From the IMG/VR virus record IMGVR_UViG_3300046694_000619: DNA of 64,000 nucleotides; one strand, given 5' to 3'. Every line of letters begins with the position of its first letter. The first letter of the stretch is position 1. Under the pieces are notes generated by a model, which ran no database searches, had not been told where the DNA came from, and saw only the letters and a list, made by a program, of their open reading frames with translations. Below are positions 1-11,166 of this stretch, piece after piece. The DNA comes from a virus (lineage: Duplodnaviria; Caudoviricetes). The position numbers and the translations under genes are program-made.

Positions 1-90
1 CCGCATCCTTGTGAATCGCGACAGGAAATTCCATTTCAAAGCTCCTCACCTTTTTACTGAACCCATCGCGCTGCGATGCTCGCCGCGCGC

Positions 91-744
91 TCAAAAACGG
101 TAGGCCGCACCCAGTTTTACGACCGGAAAGAAGCGCACGCGATTCGCCGTGTCCTGCCACTTGGCTTCCTGAGCGGCGACGTTATCGGAGCCCACTGCTT
201 CCTCGAGGCCCACCGGCAGGTTGTACTCCATTTTCGGTTTTCCATACGCAACACCGACGTCAGCGATGAACGAGAAACCCTTCGCGAGCGCGTTGTGGCC
301 GTAGCCAATGCCGATGTATGGCCGGACGGTCGGCATCTTGGCCTTTGCGTAGATGGACTGGCCATAGGTGGAGAGCGTGTGGCCGTTGATGGTAATCGAA
401 CCGTTATTGCCGTCCAGCGAACCATACGCTCTGTCGTTACCAATCAATGCGCCCGCCGTCAGACGCAACCCATGCGCGATGCCACCCAGTGGAAACCAGT
501 CAGCATAGAGACCCGCGTGCGCAAGGCGCGCCGTGGCGTTGTAGCCCGTGCCGTCCAACTCGCCACCGTGGTTGAAGCCGAGGTAGTTGAAATCAGCGCG
601 AACGTCGACCGACTTGCTGATGGAGTAACCGTATCCGAGGCCGACGCCTTCCGAACCGACGGTACTATAAATCTCGTGAGCATGGGACTGAACTGCGGAT
701 ACGGCCAGGACGGCCGCAGCAACTGCGACTGCAATTTTACGCAT
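91..744 (-). CDS. Outer-membrane beta-barrel protein
   Basis: Signal peptide MRKIAVAVAAAVLAVSAVQSHA, amphipathic beta strands, C-terminal YRF; start moved to ATG at 744. Confidence 0.75.
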   Translation of the reverse strand: MRKIAVAVAAAVLAVSAVQSHAHEIYSTVGSEGVGLGYGYSISKSVDVRADFNYLGFNHGGELDGTGYNATARLAHAGLYADWFPLGGIAHGLRLTAGALIGNDRAYGSLDGNNGSITINGHTLSTYGQSIYAKAKMPTVRPYIGIGYGHNALAKGFSFIADVGVAYGKPKMEYNLPVGLEEAVGSDNVAAQEAKWQDTANRVRFFPVVKLGAAYRF

Positions 745-969
745 GTGTGAATACCAGTTTAATTTGGAAATAGTCTCTGGCCGGGATGCCGCCGAGCGGA
801 GCTGTCCTAATGGGATATAGGATGTGGATAGTATACTGTGTAATGCGTCTTTCGCAACTACGCGCGCGAGGAAACCCTCATGAATTTTTGCTTCATTGCG
901 TTGGGCAGGAGAGGGGTGCGGTCGCTTCGCACCTATACGTCCGTAACTGCTTTCAAAGACCACACGACA

Positions 970-3036
970 ATGAAAATGACCATCCTTGCGGCCATTCTGG
1001 CCGCAACGTTCTCGATGGGAGCGTCCGCTTCCAATTACTTCGTCGTCGTCCCCGCTCCGGGACGCACGGCCGTTTCGCCCATCGCGGTCGCGCTGCAGGC
1101 GGGTGTGCTGCCGGACGGCACGAGCGGTACCCGCTATCAGGACTACGACCTACACAGCCTGCTGTCGGTCACCGGGGACGCCAACTTCAATCCAGCCTGG
1201 GTGCGCTGGTATCTGGCATCCGGTGCACTTCCCGCCGGCATGTCCCTTAGCTCCACAGGCACGCTGAGCGGCACGCCTTCAGTCGACGGGTCTTCGAGCT
1301 TCGAAATTCAGGCGCTCTACAAGAGCAAATCGGGCACACAGCGTTACGTGCTGACAATCAAGGCGCGCGGTAGCGTCGCCACGCTCTACGGCGTCAGCAC
1401 GCTTGACTGGGGTAGCGTCGCACGTACGGACCTGCCGCAGGTACGCAGTGTGGCCGTGGGCAATACCGGCGACCGACCGATGACGTTAACGCCGGCGGTC
1501 TCGACCGGACCATTCTCGCTGGTCAGCAATTCCTGCTCGAATGTCGCGCCAGGTGGCTCGTGCGCCGTGAGCTTCCGGGTGGGCGACACGGCACCCGGCG
1601 ACTACGGCCCCGTTCAGGTTTCGCTCGCCGGCGCGACATCCGGTGATTCATCGGTCAACCTCGCCGCACGGGTGCTCGGCCCACTGGCTGCCGCTGATAG
1701 CTCAACATCGCTCGACTTCGGTGGGGTCACGCAGTCCGATTCGGTCGCCAGCAAGAGTGTCACCTGGCACAACAACGGCAACGTAGCGATGAACCTTACG
1801 CCGCTCACGGTGGCGGCGCCGTTCTCGCTCGACAGCAACACCTGCACGAACGTCGCGCCGGGCGCAAGCTGCACTACCACGTTCAGCATGGCCACGTCGG
1901 CTCCGGGGACCTACGGCCCAGCCACTACGACGTTCACAGGCGGTGGCTCCGCGGCCTCGGTCTCTCTGAAAGGGCAGGTGCTCGGTTACAACTTCACGGC
2001 GTCGCTCAACCCGGTGGCTTTCGGTAGTGTCACCGCCAATACCACGGCAACCAAGGTGGTGACCGTCACGAACGCGAGCACGGTGCGAGCTCCTTTGACA
2101 GTCGGTTCGCTAAGCGCTCCGTTTGCGCAGACCAGCACCTGCCCGGCCACGCTTGACGCTGGCGCGTCGTGCGCCGTGACCCTGACGTTCAAGCCGACCG
2201 ACGTTGTAGCCCATGCAACTGCTCTTTCGGTCCCAGGGCTGTCGATTCCTGTCAGCGGCACGGGTGGCGCCATCACCATCGCGACTGCTGACGCGGGCCG
2301 TCGGTGGGCTGATGGCACATATGCGGCGTCATGCAAGGACTATCGCACGCCAGGCGGTAACTATCAGTACACAGGTGTGACAGGCGACGGCGTCTACACC
2401 ATTGACCCCGATGGCGCGGGCTCGCAGGCACCGTTGAACGTCTACTGCGACATGACGACCGACGGCGGCGGCTGGACGCTGTTTGCGAACACTTATCGCG
2501 ATGCTAGCGGCGGCCTGGATATGCTGGCAGGTACCAATGCGGCTGCGGTGCTCAGCCCGACCAGTGGTTCGGGAACGATGGGGGGCGTATTGGGGCTTAA
2601 CAACTTCCAGACATTCCCGTTCACCACCACTCGAATCCAGTTTGTCGCGGGCGACAACCCTGGTCAGGTGGCGACATTCTATAAAGGCGTTACCCGCGCC
2701 AACGTAGCAAGCTGGGCGCAAGTCGGAGCGATTGAGCCGGATACGACCAAGGCCGCCGTTTGTACGGACCTCGCGATGACGCAGAATTGCACATCCCGGC
2801 CATTCGACCACGACTACAACAACAACGGCAGTGCGACTGCGTTCACGATGATGTGGGGGGTCACGGTTGCGAAGTACGGTTACACCGTAACGAGCTATCA
2901 ACCGGTTCACGGAGAAGTGTTTACAGGCGGTAGCGCAGGTTGGTGCTCCACGACGGGCAATGCGAACAACAACGCGTGGAATGATAGCTACGCAGACGGG
3001 CACTGGGGCAACGGACTGAAAATCTGGTTCCGCTAA
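970..3036 (+). CDS. Secreted Ig-like/choice-of-anchor-D repeat protein with C-terminal fibrinogen-like (YCDMTTDGGGWT) domain
   Basis: Signal peptide, putative Ig repeat (LPAGMSLSSTGTLSGTP), three N.G...C....C repeats, VYCDMTTDGGGWTL motif. Confidence 0.8.
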   Translation: MKMTILAAILAATFSMGASASNYFVVVPAPGRTAVSPIAVALQAGVLPDGTSGTRYQDYDLHSLLSVTGDANFNPAWVRWYLASGALPAGMSLSSTGTLSGTPSVDGSSSFEIQALYKSKSGTQRYVLTIKARGSVATLYGVSTLDWGSVARTDLPQVRSVAVGNTGDRPMTLTPAVSTGPFSLVSNSCSNVAPGGSCAVSFRVGDTAPGDYGPVQVSLAGATSGDSSVNLAARVLGPLAAADSSTSLDFGGVTQSDSVASKSVTWHNNGNVAMNLTPLTVAAPFSLDSNTCTNVAPGASCTTTFSMATSAPGTYGPATTTFTGGGSAASVSLKGQVLGYNFTASLNPVAFGSVTANTTATKVVTVTNASTVRAPLTVGSLSAPFAQTSTCPATLDAGASCAVTLTFKPTDVVAHATALSVPGLSIPVSGTGGAITIATADAGRRWADGTYAASCKDYRTPGGNYQYTGVTGDGVYTIDPDGAGSQAPLNVYCDMTTDGGGWTLFANTYRDASGGLDMLAGTNAAAVLSPTSGSGTMGGVLGLNNFQTFPFTTTRIQFVAGDNPGQVATFYKGVTRANVASWAQVGAIEPDTTKAAVCTDLAMTQNCTSRPFDHDYNNNGSATAFTMMWGVTVAKYGYTVTSYQPVHGEVFTGGSAGWCSTTGNANNNAWNDSYADGHWGNGLKIWFR

Positions 3037-3045
3037 TGCCCAATG

Positions 3046-3072
3046 AAAAAGCGCCCAACTGGGCGCTTTTTT
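3046..3072. terminator. Bidirectional intrinsic terminator
   Basis: aaaaagcgccc-aact-gggcgcttttt between convergent genes. Confidence 0.85.
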
Positions 3073-3075
3073 GTG

Positions 3076-3558
3076 TCAGCCGAAAATTACTGACAGGATG
3101 TTCAGAACGATGTCGAGTACCACGAGCGCGATGGCTTCGTCGGGTTCAAGTGCGCTTCGTCTGGGCTGCGGCAGAAGTCGTTTCACCGCAATCCGTTCGA
3201 AGCGGGTGAACGGGCGCTTCTGTTCGTGCACCTGTGCGACGTAGGCTTCGAGCTTGGCGTGCAGCTCGGCATCGTGCTTCACGCTGGAGAAGGGCGGCTC
3301 AGCAGCGGCGGTGAACGCCTTTATCGAGAGATTTCCCAGCCCCTGAAGTAGCATGCCAACGAAGAAGACGCCTCCGCCCGCAATAAATAGCCACGCATAG
3401 TGCGCTTTTTGCGCATCCGGACGCGTGCCGCTCCAGGCTATCCCGGCGAAGCCCGCCAGCATTAGTGCGGCTGCCGTTACCTGCACCAGCAGGGTATTGC
3501 GCCGCATACGCGCCAGTTCTCGCGCAGTGAGGGGCTTGTCGATATTGAATCTTGGCAT
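3076..3558 (-). CDS. Hypothetical membrane protein
   Basis: 160 aa, two to three hydrophobic segments. Confidence 0.6.
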   Translation of the reverse strand: MPRFNIDKPLTARELARMRRNTLLVQVTAAALMLAGFAGIAWSGTRPDAQKAHYAWLFIAGGGVFFVGMLLQGLGNLSIKAFTAAAEPPFSSVKHDAELHAKLEAYVAQVHEQKRPFTRFERIAVKRLLPQPRRSALEPDEAIALVVLDIVLNILSVIFG

Positions 3559-3613
3559 TGTCGTGCTCGATACGTGGGGAGCGAATGATGCGGCTCCCCC
3601 GTGACGTCGGCAA

Positions 3614-4369
3614 TTACTTGCCTTGCGCAGCGAACCACTGGAGCAGTTCGTCGTCGATGAGAAATTCGTTCAGGTCTTCCGTGCTCATCGCATTGAACTT
3701 GCGCAGGTCCGGAATGGCCACGAAGCCGGTATTGCTGAACTTGTCGCCGATGGATTCCAGGAACGGGAACCGCGAGCCCTGATTGCTGATGCCAAGGAAC
3801 AGGAAGTACACCTGGTCCTTACGCGCTTCCGACTCGCGCAGCACCTGCATGGTCCGTTCTTTATCGCCGTGTTCGTTGTTGTCGCCATCGGTTGCAACGA
3901 TGACGAGAGACGGCTTTTGCTCGCCGTGGACGATTTCGTCCTTCTTGCCGAACAGGCTGCCCAGGATGCCGGCCTTCTTGACCTTATCCTTCCAGCCGAA
4001 GTGCTTCAGGAACGCTTCCAGAACGTGCGAGTATGCGGTGCCGCCGTTGTAGCCCGGGACACCGATGATGTTCCGGCGCACGAATCCCTGGTAGTTCTTC
4101 GCGTCAATCGGGCCGACATCCTGCACACTCGCCGCGCCATTCGAGAACGTGAACACGTCAAGCTTCCGGTCCGGGTCGAAGCAGAGACCCCAAGGCACGA
4201 GGCGCGTCAAAAGCGTTTCGGTCGTACCGTCATTGTGTTCGTCTTCGAACGATTGCGAGACATCCATTGCGAAACCGACGTCCAGCGTCGGGACCTTGAT
4301 GCCAGCCTTTTCCAGGCTCAGGACGAGTGCCTGCGATGCTTTTTCCAGATTCAGTTCGAGTGCCATCAC
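3614..4369 (-). CDS. vWA domain protein of ter (TerF-like) stress clusters
   Basis: MIDAS-like DVSQS, GGT, TDG, YFLFLGI motifs; ter context. Confidence 0.8.
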   Translation of the reverse strand: MMALELNLEKASQALVLSLEKAGIKVPTLDVGFAMDVSQSFEDEHNDGTTETLLTRLVPWGLCFDPDRKLDVFTFSNGAASVQDVGPIDAKNYQGFVRRNIIGVPGYNGGTAYSHVLEAFLKHFGWKDKVKKAGILGSLFGKKDEIVHGEQKPSLVIVATDGDNNEHGDKERTMQVLRESEARKDQVYFLFLGISNQGSRFPFLESIGDKFSNTGFVAIPDLRKFNAMSTEDLNEFLIDDELLQWFAAQGK

Positions 4370-5403
4370 ATTTTCCTTTGAATAAATTGAACAATTTCAG
4401 TCAGCTTCTCAGCGGCCAGGAAGCGCTGGGTGTCGCTGGGTTTTGATACGGCGGACAGCCCTGCCAGCTGGCTGTAGACGGCGGGCAATTGAAGGAGCAC
4501 CCCGTCCTGTACAAGCGTCATCAGCTCTTTCACGCTCTCCTTGTCGAGCGCGAGCGTCTGGATTTGCTCAATCGTCAGCGCCTGCGACGTAGTCATCGCG
4601 AGTTGACGCGAAGTCATCAGCTGCCTGATTTCAGGCGCAACGACATCGAAGAGATAGTCGGCTGCCAGGGCGTGCGCTTGCAGCGCCTCTCCGCCGGCCT
4701 CGTTCTTGTGGATGAGCTTCTCTAGCTCACCGATGAGGGTCACAAGCGAAGCACCCGCCTGGGAGAGCAGCGTTTCGAGCTGGCGAACCTCGCTTACAAC
4801 CGATTCCCACACCTTGGAGACGGACCGGCGGAGCAGGCCACCTTCCATCGCGTCGAGCACTTCGCGCAGCAGCGTATTCAGCCGCGAAAGGTGCTGCGTT
4901 ACAGCGCGGGTTTCAGCCGACTCCAGCAGGGCAAGTCGCGCTTTCACGAGCGTTGACACCTGCTCCTGCGCCGGCACGCCGAAGCGGAGCCACGCGGGCA
5001 TATCCATCGTCTGCGGGCACACACCTGCAAGAACCGCATGAACTTCCACGAGCGTCGCGTTCGACGTACCGGGAAAACGGCGCGTGAGCGTTTCAATCGA
5101 GACGTCCAGTGGTTTGCGTTGGGTGCCGGGCATCACAGATGCTTTCACATGCTCAGCCGGCACCACCGCCGGCGCGGGCGCCTGATAAGGCAACCCGGTC
5201 GGCTTCATGGCAGCGGGCTGTGGTGCTGCCTTAGTGGCGGGTGCGGTGGCACCCGGAATTGCCGTCGGCTTGATGGCTGTCGGTCGCACGGATGGCGCCG
5301 GCTCAGCATGTGTCGCGCCCTCGCCAGCCATACCAACCGTGCGAGTCGGTGCGAGCGTGCTGCCCGTTGCCGGCGTGCTGATGATGGTTGGCTTGAAGGT
5401 CAT
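4366..5403 (-). CDS. Hypothetical coiled-coil protein, TelA/KlaA-like
   Basis: Pro/Ala-rich N-terminus, helical C-terminus, in operon with TelA and TerD genes. Confidence 0.55.
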   Translation of the reverse strand: MTFKPTIISTPATGSTLAPTRTVGMAGEGATHAEPAPSVRPTAIKPTAIPGATAPATKAAPQPAAMKPTGLPYQAPAPAVVPAEHVKASVMPGTQRKPLDVSIETLTRRFPGTSNATLVEVHAVLAGVCPQTMDMPAWLRFGVPAQEQVSTLVKARLALLESAETRAVTQHLSRLNTLLREVLDAMEGGLLRRSVSKVWESVVSEVRQLETLLSQAGASLVTLIGELEKLIHKNEAGGEALQAHALAADYLFDVVAPEIRQLMTSRQLAMTTSQALTIEQIQTLALDKESVKELMTLVQDGVLLQLPAVYSQLAGLSAVSKPSDTQRFLAAEKLTEIVQFIQRKM

Positions 5404-5421
5404 GGCGAGGCGACGCGTCGA

Positions 5422-6057
5422 TTACGAGAAGTGAGCCAGGACTTGATTGAAGTCGTTGTTGAAGCCCACACCGATGAGTGCGAACGACGAGCCGCTTTGC
5501 TCGACCATGATGGAACCGCCTTGCACGCCCACGAACTCGCCAAACTGGTCCGACAGCGACACGTTCATCTGTTCCTCGCCGAGACTGTTTTCGATGATGA
5601 AGCGTGCGTTTTTCACGTCGCGGAACGTCTTGCCGCTGTTTTGCGGGTGAATGGTTGCCAGCAGCGGGATTTCGATGGCGCCGCCGACTGGCGGGTTCAG
5701 GCGGTCCGGCTGGATGGTCACGAATTCGTCGTCACCGGTGGCGCTGCCGTCGAGGGCGTCCGGGCTGTGCACCAGCGCGCCGGCGTAGATTTCGAACGAG
5801 CCATCCGGCTTCTTTTCCAGCGTGCCCACGGCCTGGCCGCGGATAACGCGCTTGACGTTGTAGGTCGACAGGATGTCGTCGAACGACGAAACCTTCGAGC
5901 CCTGGCCGACGTTTACCGCGACGAATGCGTGCAGGTCGAGGTCGACGTCACCTTCCCACGACAGGCGAACCTTGAAGCGTTCGCCCTTGTCGAGGCTCAA
6001 CGAGAGTTTCTGGACGACGTCTTCCGGCTTGGTCAGATTGAGTTGCAGTGCTGCCAT
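5422..6057 (-). CDS. TerD-family stress protein
   Basis: LSW..DVDLDL, HSPDALDG..GDDE motifs. Confidence 0.85.
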   Translation of the reverse strand: MAALQLNLTKPEDVVQKLSLSLDKGERFKVRLSWEGDVDLDLHAFVAVNVGQGSKVSSFDDILSTYNVKRVIRGQAVGTLEKKPDGSFEIYAGALVHSPDALDGSATGDDEFVTIQPDRLNPPVGGAIEIPLLATIHPQNSGKTFRDVKNARFIIENSLGEEQMNVSLSDQFGEFVGVQGGSIMVEQSGSSFALIGVGFNNDFNQVLAHFS

Positions 6058-6090
6058 GATTTTCTGTTTCCTGTTGGTTGGAGAATCTGG

Positions 6091-7332
6091 TTAATACGTT
6101 CGGGCAGCGACGGGCGCGCCCGGAGTAACCCGTTGGCTCAGGTCCAAGACGTCCTGGCGAACTTGGGCCATCGTTTCGCGTGCTTCCTGGAACTTCGCGC
6201 GGTTGTCCTCACGCGCCTTGTCGGTGATGTCTTGCAGTGCAGCCACGTCGGTGACCGCGCGCTTCAGGTTGTTCGCCTGCTGGACACGGTTGTCACCGGG
6301 TGCGTTGGCTGACGTGGCGACAATGACGCCCGTAAGCTTTGCGCGGGCTTCCTGAAGCTGGTTGTCGAGGTTTGCATTGGCCTGGCCGAGACGTTGCACG
6401 TTGCGCACGAGATTCGCGCCATGCAGGCCAATCAGCGTCATGCGGATGCTGGCGAACCGGTCGCCCATCGTCGTCGACAGTTCCAGCAGCGTTTGCGCGC
6501 CGGCGTTCTGAATCTGACGGAGGATGAGTGCTTCGCCAGGCAGGCGCGTCATCATGGCTTCGCGGCTGAGCGCCACCGATTCGAGCGCTTGCAGCTTGTC
6601 CTGAATGTCCTGCGCGCGCATCACGTCCTTATCGGCCGCAGCCAGGAGAGCGGGTGCCTGGGCCTTCGCCTTTGCAAGCGCACTGTTCAGGAACACGACT
6701 TCTTCGCAGAATTCAACGAAGGATGCGAAATAAACACCCTTTACCGCTTCCAGATTGCGCAGCTCTTCGTTGAGCTTGTTCATCTCGGTGATGAGCTGCT
6801 TTTCCTGCGCGACGACCACGTCGGAAAGATTCTTGGACTTCAGACGCACCTGCTTGCCGAGCTCTTCGAGCACAGCGTCGAGGCTCTGTTGCAACTTCTT
6901 CTTGCTGAAGAAGCCTAGGGCCCGGTCGAGCGGACCCGGCTTGGCATCCAGAATCTGAATGGCCAGGTCGCCGATTTTCTCTTCCTCGAGCTTCTCGGTC
7001 AGCTTGTCGACCAGCTTGAACAGTTGCGGGTTTTCAGCCTTGTTGATACGCGCCATGAAGGCATCCAGCGCACGATTCAGGTTCATCGTGGGTTGCTGGC
7101 TCAGCGTGGAGAAGTCTTGCAGCGGCAGCTCGGCGAACTCGAACTTCTCGACGCGTGCCACGAGCGTTGCGCTCTGCTGCGCATCGAGGTTCAGCGGGAA
7201 CTTTTCCGGCAGGACCAGCGCCGCCGGCACGACCGGCAGGCTGGCGGGGATGCCGATGTGGCCGTTGCTCAATTGCTGAAGGCCGGGGCTACGGAAGGCA
7301 GGGTTCGCCTGCGCCAAAGAGGTGGGTTGCAT
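6091..7332 (-). CDS. Toxic anion resistance protein (TelA/KlaB family)
   Basis: 413 aa coiled-coil, LILRQIQ pattern, ter context. Confidence 0.7.
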   Translation of the reverse strand: MQPTSLAQANPAFRSPGLQQLSNGHIGIPASLPVVPAALVLPEKFPLNLDAQQSATLVARVEKFEFAELPLQDFSTLSQQPTMNLNRALDAFMARINKAENPQLFKLVDKLTEKLEEEKIGDLAIQILDAKPGPLDRALGFFSKKKLQQSLDAVLEELGKQVRLKSKNLSDVVVAQEKQLITEMNKLNEELRNLEAVKGVYFASFVEFCEEVVFLNSALAKAKAQAPALLAAADKDVMRAQDIQDKLQALESVALSREAMMTRLPGEALILRQIQNAGAQTLLELSTTMGDRFASIRMTLIGLHGANLVRNVQRLGQANANLDNQLQEARAKLTGVIVATSANAPGDNRVQQANNLKRAVTDVAALQDITDKAREDNRAKFQEARETMAQVRQDVLDLSQRVTPGAPVAARTY

Positions 7333-7357
7333 GGTATATGTGTCCTTGGGACGAGAC

Positions 7358-8083
7358 TTACTTTGCGTCGGAAGTCGTGGCGTTGGCGCTCTTGCTCACG
7401 CCCTTGGCGATGAGGACAGCGACAATCACTGCGACAAAACCAGCGGCATTGAAAATCAGGTGAGCGTGCTCGCCAATCGAATCCGTGACGCCGGCCATGA
7501 CGTTGACCAACTTCGGGTCCGAGACAACCATTTCCGCGCCGACCGAGCCAAGCAGGCCCGCTCCGAGCCAGATGATGACGGGGAATTTCGCCATGAGACC
7601 GGTCAGCAGGTTTGCGCCGAACACGATGACGGGAATCGAAAACACGATGCCTGCGATGGCGTACAGCGTGCTGTGTGCGCCAGCGCCCGTTGCGGCCGCC
7701 GCAACCGCAAGCACGTTGTCCAGGCTCATCATGAAGTCCGCGATGATGATGGTTTTCACCGCAGCAAACACACGTTCCGACGCGTTCACGTGCGGCTCTT
7801 CGTCACCTGCATCGGTCAGCAGCTTGAAGCCGAGATACAACAGGTAGGCGCCCGCCACCAGTTTGACGAACGGGATACCCATGAGGAATCCAGCAAACGC
7901 GAGCAGGATGGCGCGAAGGCCAACGGCGCCTGCCGTGCCCCAGAGCAATGCACGCATGCGCAGTTCTTTCGGAAGAGCGGCGCACGCGAGAGCCAAGACG
8001 ACAGCATTGTCGACACCCAACATCAGGTCGACGCCGATAATTTTGAGAATGGAGCCCCAGTCGATGGTGGCGAGAAAGTTCAT
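7358..8083 (-). CDS. TerC/YjbE-family membrane protein
   Basis: DLMLGVDNAVVLA and ADFMMSLDNVLAVA motifs. Confidence 0.9.
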   Translation of the reverse strand: MNFLATIDWGSILKIIGVDLMLGVDNAVVLALACAALPKELRMRALLWGTAGAVGLRAILLAFAGFLMGIPFVKLVAGAYLLYLGFKLLTDAGDEEPHVNASERVFAAVKTIIIADFMMSLDNVLAVAAAATGAGAHSTLYAIAGIVFSIPVIVFGANLLTGLMAKFPVIIWLGAGLLGSVGAEMVVSDPKLVNVMAGVTDSIGEHAHLIFNAAGFVAVIVAVLIAKGVSKSANATTSDAK

Positions 8084-8127
8084 ATGGCCTCTTGTTGTGT
8101 GGTCAGGTGTGCTTCTAGTGTTTTTGT

Positions 8128-8155
8128 AGTATACCTGTATTCGTGCATATGTCAA
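8128..8155 (-). promoter_or_regulatory. Sigma70-like promoter of the ter cluster
   Basis: TTGACA-N16-TATACT on the minus strand. Confidence 0.65.
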
Positions 8156-8313
8156 GTCAATACAGCCAGCATGGCTTGAGATTTTCGTATTCGTGCGATT
8201 GGTATAACGTAGAACGGTGTTACGACCGGTTACAACCTCTGTGCCGCGTGGCATTGCTGGAGCGTCTATACGGGAGCGCAGGCATGTGCCTGTTCTCACG
8301 GAGTAATACCCAG

Positions 8314-8679
8314 ATGCACAAGAAACTGTTGGTCGCGGCAATGCTCGCTCTGACCGCGTCGGCAGGCGCATTCGCCCAAACTGCTGCCAGCGGTGCGGTT
8401 GCCGTTCATCCGACGGCCGTAAAGCCCGCCATCTTCGTGGCTGAAACGCCGCAGGCGGCCAGCGCCGGTCAACCCGCACGCGAAGTGCACACCGTCACGC
8501 GCTCGGAGTTCCTCACGAAGGCTGCTGAGCGCTTTGACGCGATGGACGCAAATCACGACGGCACGCTCACCCCTGACGAACGCCGCGCCTTCTTCAAGGC
8601 CCATCTCGCAGAGTTGCGCGAGCACCACGGTCCCGAGCTGCCGGCATCGGGCGCACAAGCGCCGCGTCTGCCGAAATAG
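8314..8679 (+). CDS. Secreted EF-hand domain protein
   Basis: Signal peptide; FDAMDANHDGTLTPDE EF-hand. Confidence 0.8.
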   Translation: MHKKLLVAAMLALTASAGAFAQTAASGAVAVHPTAVKPAIFVAETPQAASAGQPAREVHTVTRSEFLTKAAERFDAMDANHDGTLTPDERRAFFKAHLAELREHHGPELPASGAQAPRLPK

Positions 8680-8697
8680 CCGGCACGGCACAAAAGA

Positions 8698-8722
8698 GAA
8701 AGCCCCTCGCGAGGGGCTTTTT
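8698..8722. terminator. Bidirectional intrinsic terminator
   Basis: aaagcccctc-gc-gaggggctttt. Confidence 0.75.
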
Positions 8723-8724
8723 CA

Positions 8725-11163
8725 TCAGATGTAGTCGGCGTCTCCGAAATCTACTGAGGCCGTCGACTCACCGGGTGAGGACTCGACGGCCTCTGGCCTG
8801 GGTGCCGCAGCTTCTGCATCCGGGACACGCTCGAGCGGCGCAACCGCGTCGCCGAGCGTTGCCTGGGTGGCGAGTGCAACCGCCTTGTCCGGCAGTGCCG
8901 CGCCAGCCCGCGCCCGTTTCCCGCGGTGCGCGTCGAGGTCCTTGCCGGTCAGCGTGACCTGTGTGTGCTTCTTTCGCGCCGAGGGCGTGGTCGACACCAC
9001 CAGCTCCGTCACCGGCCGTTCATAGGCCGCGACTGACTTCACCGTGTCCTTCCCGCTCAGACTGATGAGCTGCATGCCGCGGCCCTTGGCCATCTGTTTG
9101 AGCTCGACGAGCGGAAACAGCAGCACCTTGCCCGAACTCGCGCCCACGGCAATTTCTCCGCCATCGCGCAGTGCCCTCACGGCGGTCGGAGCCAGAATGG
9201 CTTCACCGTCTTCGAGTGTCATCACCGCCTTGCCGGCCTTCTTGCTCGTGACCAGCTCCGCGCCCGGGCAGAGGAAGCCATAACCGCCGCTGTTGGCCAG
9301 CAGGTAGTGCGTATCAGTGTCGAGCACGAACGCGTGCACAAGCTTGTTCGAGCCAATTTCGACGAATGAGGAGAGCGGCGAGCCGTCACCGCGGCCAGTC
9401 GGGAATACCGACGCCGCGACGTTGTAAGCGCGGCCCGTGTGGTCGAACATCACCACCGTCTGCGTGCTGCGCGTCTCAATTACCGCGAGCGCTTCGTCAC
9501 CCGCTTTCCAAGTGAGCGCGGACAGGTCGACCTTGTGACCGGTGCGCGCGCGCAGCCAGCCCAGTTTCGAGATAACGAGCGTGACCGGGTCATCACTGGT
9601 TGCCACCACCGACGAGGTGGTGATGCGCTCGGCCGACTCGATGAGGGTACGACGCGCGTCGCCATACTTCTTGCGGTCGTCGCCCAGTTCATTGAGCACC
9701 TGCTTCGTCATCGCGCCACGGTCATCGAGCAGGCCTTGCAGCACAGCCTCTTCCTTGCGTAGCTCGGCGAGTTCGCTCTCAATCTTGATGCGCTCGAGAT
9801 TGGCGAGCTGGCGCAGGCGGATTTCAAGAATGTCTGTCGCCTGAATATCGGACAGCCCGAACCGGCTCATGAGCTGTGCCTTGGCATCCGCTGAGTCACG
9901 GATAACGCGGATGACTTCGTCGATATGGAGGAACACCGTCAGGCGGCCCTCGAGGATGTGCATGCGTGCGCGAACCTGGTTCAACAGGAATTGCGTACGG
10001 CGCGTCACGGTCTCGAACCGGAAGGCGACCCATTCTTGGAGCACCTGAAGCAGCCCCTTCTGGCCCGGCGCGCCATCCGCGCCAATGGTCACCAGGTTCA
10101 TCGAGAAGTTCGATTCGAGGCTCGTGTGTGCGAGCAGAACCTGCATCACCTCATCCGGGCTCTGGCGTGAGCTACGCGGCTCTATGATGAGCCGGACCGG
10201 ATGCTGCGCATCGGAATCATCCGAAATCTTGTCGACCACCGACAGCACGAGCGCCTTCAGGTTTGCCTGGTCCTGCGTGAGGCTCTTCTTACCCGCCTTG
10301 AGTTGAGGGTTCGACAACTCTTCGATTTCGGCCATGACCTTCGCCGTGGACGTCCCCGGCGGCAGCTCGGTAATCGCAATCTGCCATTGCCCACGCGCCA
10401 GTGGCTCAACAGTCCAGCGCGCACGCGTGCGCAGCGACCCGCGACCGGTCGTGTAGGCCTTGGCCACTTCGTCCGCCGACGAGATGAGTTGCGCGCCGCC
10501 CGGGAAATCCGGACCCGGCATGATGGCCAGGATGTCTGCGAGCATAGCTTCCGGATGACGGATGAGGTACTCGCAAGCAAGCGCCACTTCAGTCAGGTTG
10601 TGGCTCGGAATTTCGGTGGCCATACCCACAGCGATACCCGATGCGCCGTTCAGAAGCAGCACGGGCAGGCGAGCAGGCAGCAAACCCGGTTCCTGGAGCG
10701 AGCCGTCATAGTTGGGTGCGAAATCCACCGTGCCCTTGTCGAGCTCGCCCAGCAACAGCTCGGCAATCGGCGTCAGGCGTGCTTCGGTATATCGCATTGC
10801 CGCTGGCGAATCGCCATCGCGAGAGCCAAAGTTTCCTTGGCCGTCGACGATGGGGTAGCGCAACGAGAAGTCCTGCGCCATCCGCACCGCGGCGTCATAC
10901 ACCGACGAGTCGCCGTGCGGGTGGTACTTACCGATGATGTCGCCGACGAAACGCGCACACTTCACAGGCTTGCTCTTGTCGTTCAGCCCCATGCGGTGCA
11001 TCGAATAGAGAATGCGCCGTTGCACGGGCTTCTGGCCGTCGCGGACATCCGGGAGCGCGCGGCCCAGCACCACGCTCATTGCATAGGCGAGGTACGCATT
11101 CTCCGCGTAGTCGCCGATGTCGACGGCGTTCGACGAGTCAGCGGGTTCAAGCACTTCAGACAT
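8725..11163 (-). CDS. parC: DNA topoisomerase IV subunit A
   Basis: [26 protein letters not shown] catalytic Tyr; no GyrA-box seen. Confidence 0.93.
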   Translation of the reverse strand: MSEVLEPADSSNAVDIGDYAENAYLAYAMSVVLGRALPDVRDGQKPVQRRILYSMHRMGLNDKSKPVKCARFVGDIIGKYHPHGDSSVYDAAVRMAQDFSLRYPIVDGQGNFGSRDGDSPAAMRYTEARLTPIAELLLGELDKGTVDFAPNYDGSLQEPGLLPARLPVLLLNGASGIAVGMATEIPSHNLTEVALACEYLIRHPEAMLADILAIMPGPDFPGGAQLISSADEVAKAYTTGRGSLRTRARWTVEPLARGQWQIAITELPPGTSTAKVMAEIEELSNPQLKAGKKSLTQDQANLKALVLSVVDKISDDSDAQHPVRLIIEPRSSRQSPDEVMQVLLAHTSLESNFSMNLVTIGADGAPGQKGLLQVLQEWVAFRFETVTRRTQFLLNQVRARMHILEGRLTVFLHIDEVIRVIRDSADAKAQLMSRFGLSDIQATDILEIRLRQLANLERIKIESELAELRKEEAVLQGLLDDRGAMTKQVLNELGDDRKKYGDARRTLIESAERITTSSVVATSDDPVTLVISKLGWLRARTGHKVDLSALTWKAGDEALAVIETRSTQTVVMFDHTGRAYNVAASVFPTGRGDGSPLSSFVEIGSNKLVHAFVLDTDTHYLLANSGGYGFLCPGAELVTSKKAGKAVMTLEDGEAILAPTAVRALRDGGEIAVGASSGKVLLFPLVELKQMAKGRGMQLISLSGKDTVKSVAAYERPVTELVVSTTPSARKKHTQVTLTGKDLDAHRGKRARAGAALPDKAVALATQATLGDAVAPLERVPDAEAAAPRPEAVESSPGESTASVDFGDADYI

Positions 11164-11166
11164 GAT

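Noticed and set aside
8084-8127. yybP-ykoY riboswitch before terC
   Set aside because: The leader between promoter and start is too short and lacks the conserved motifs.
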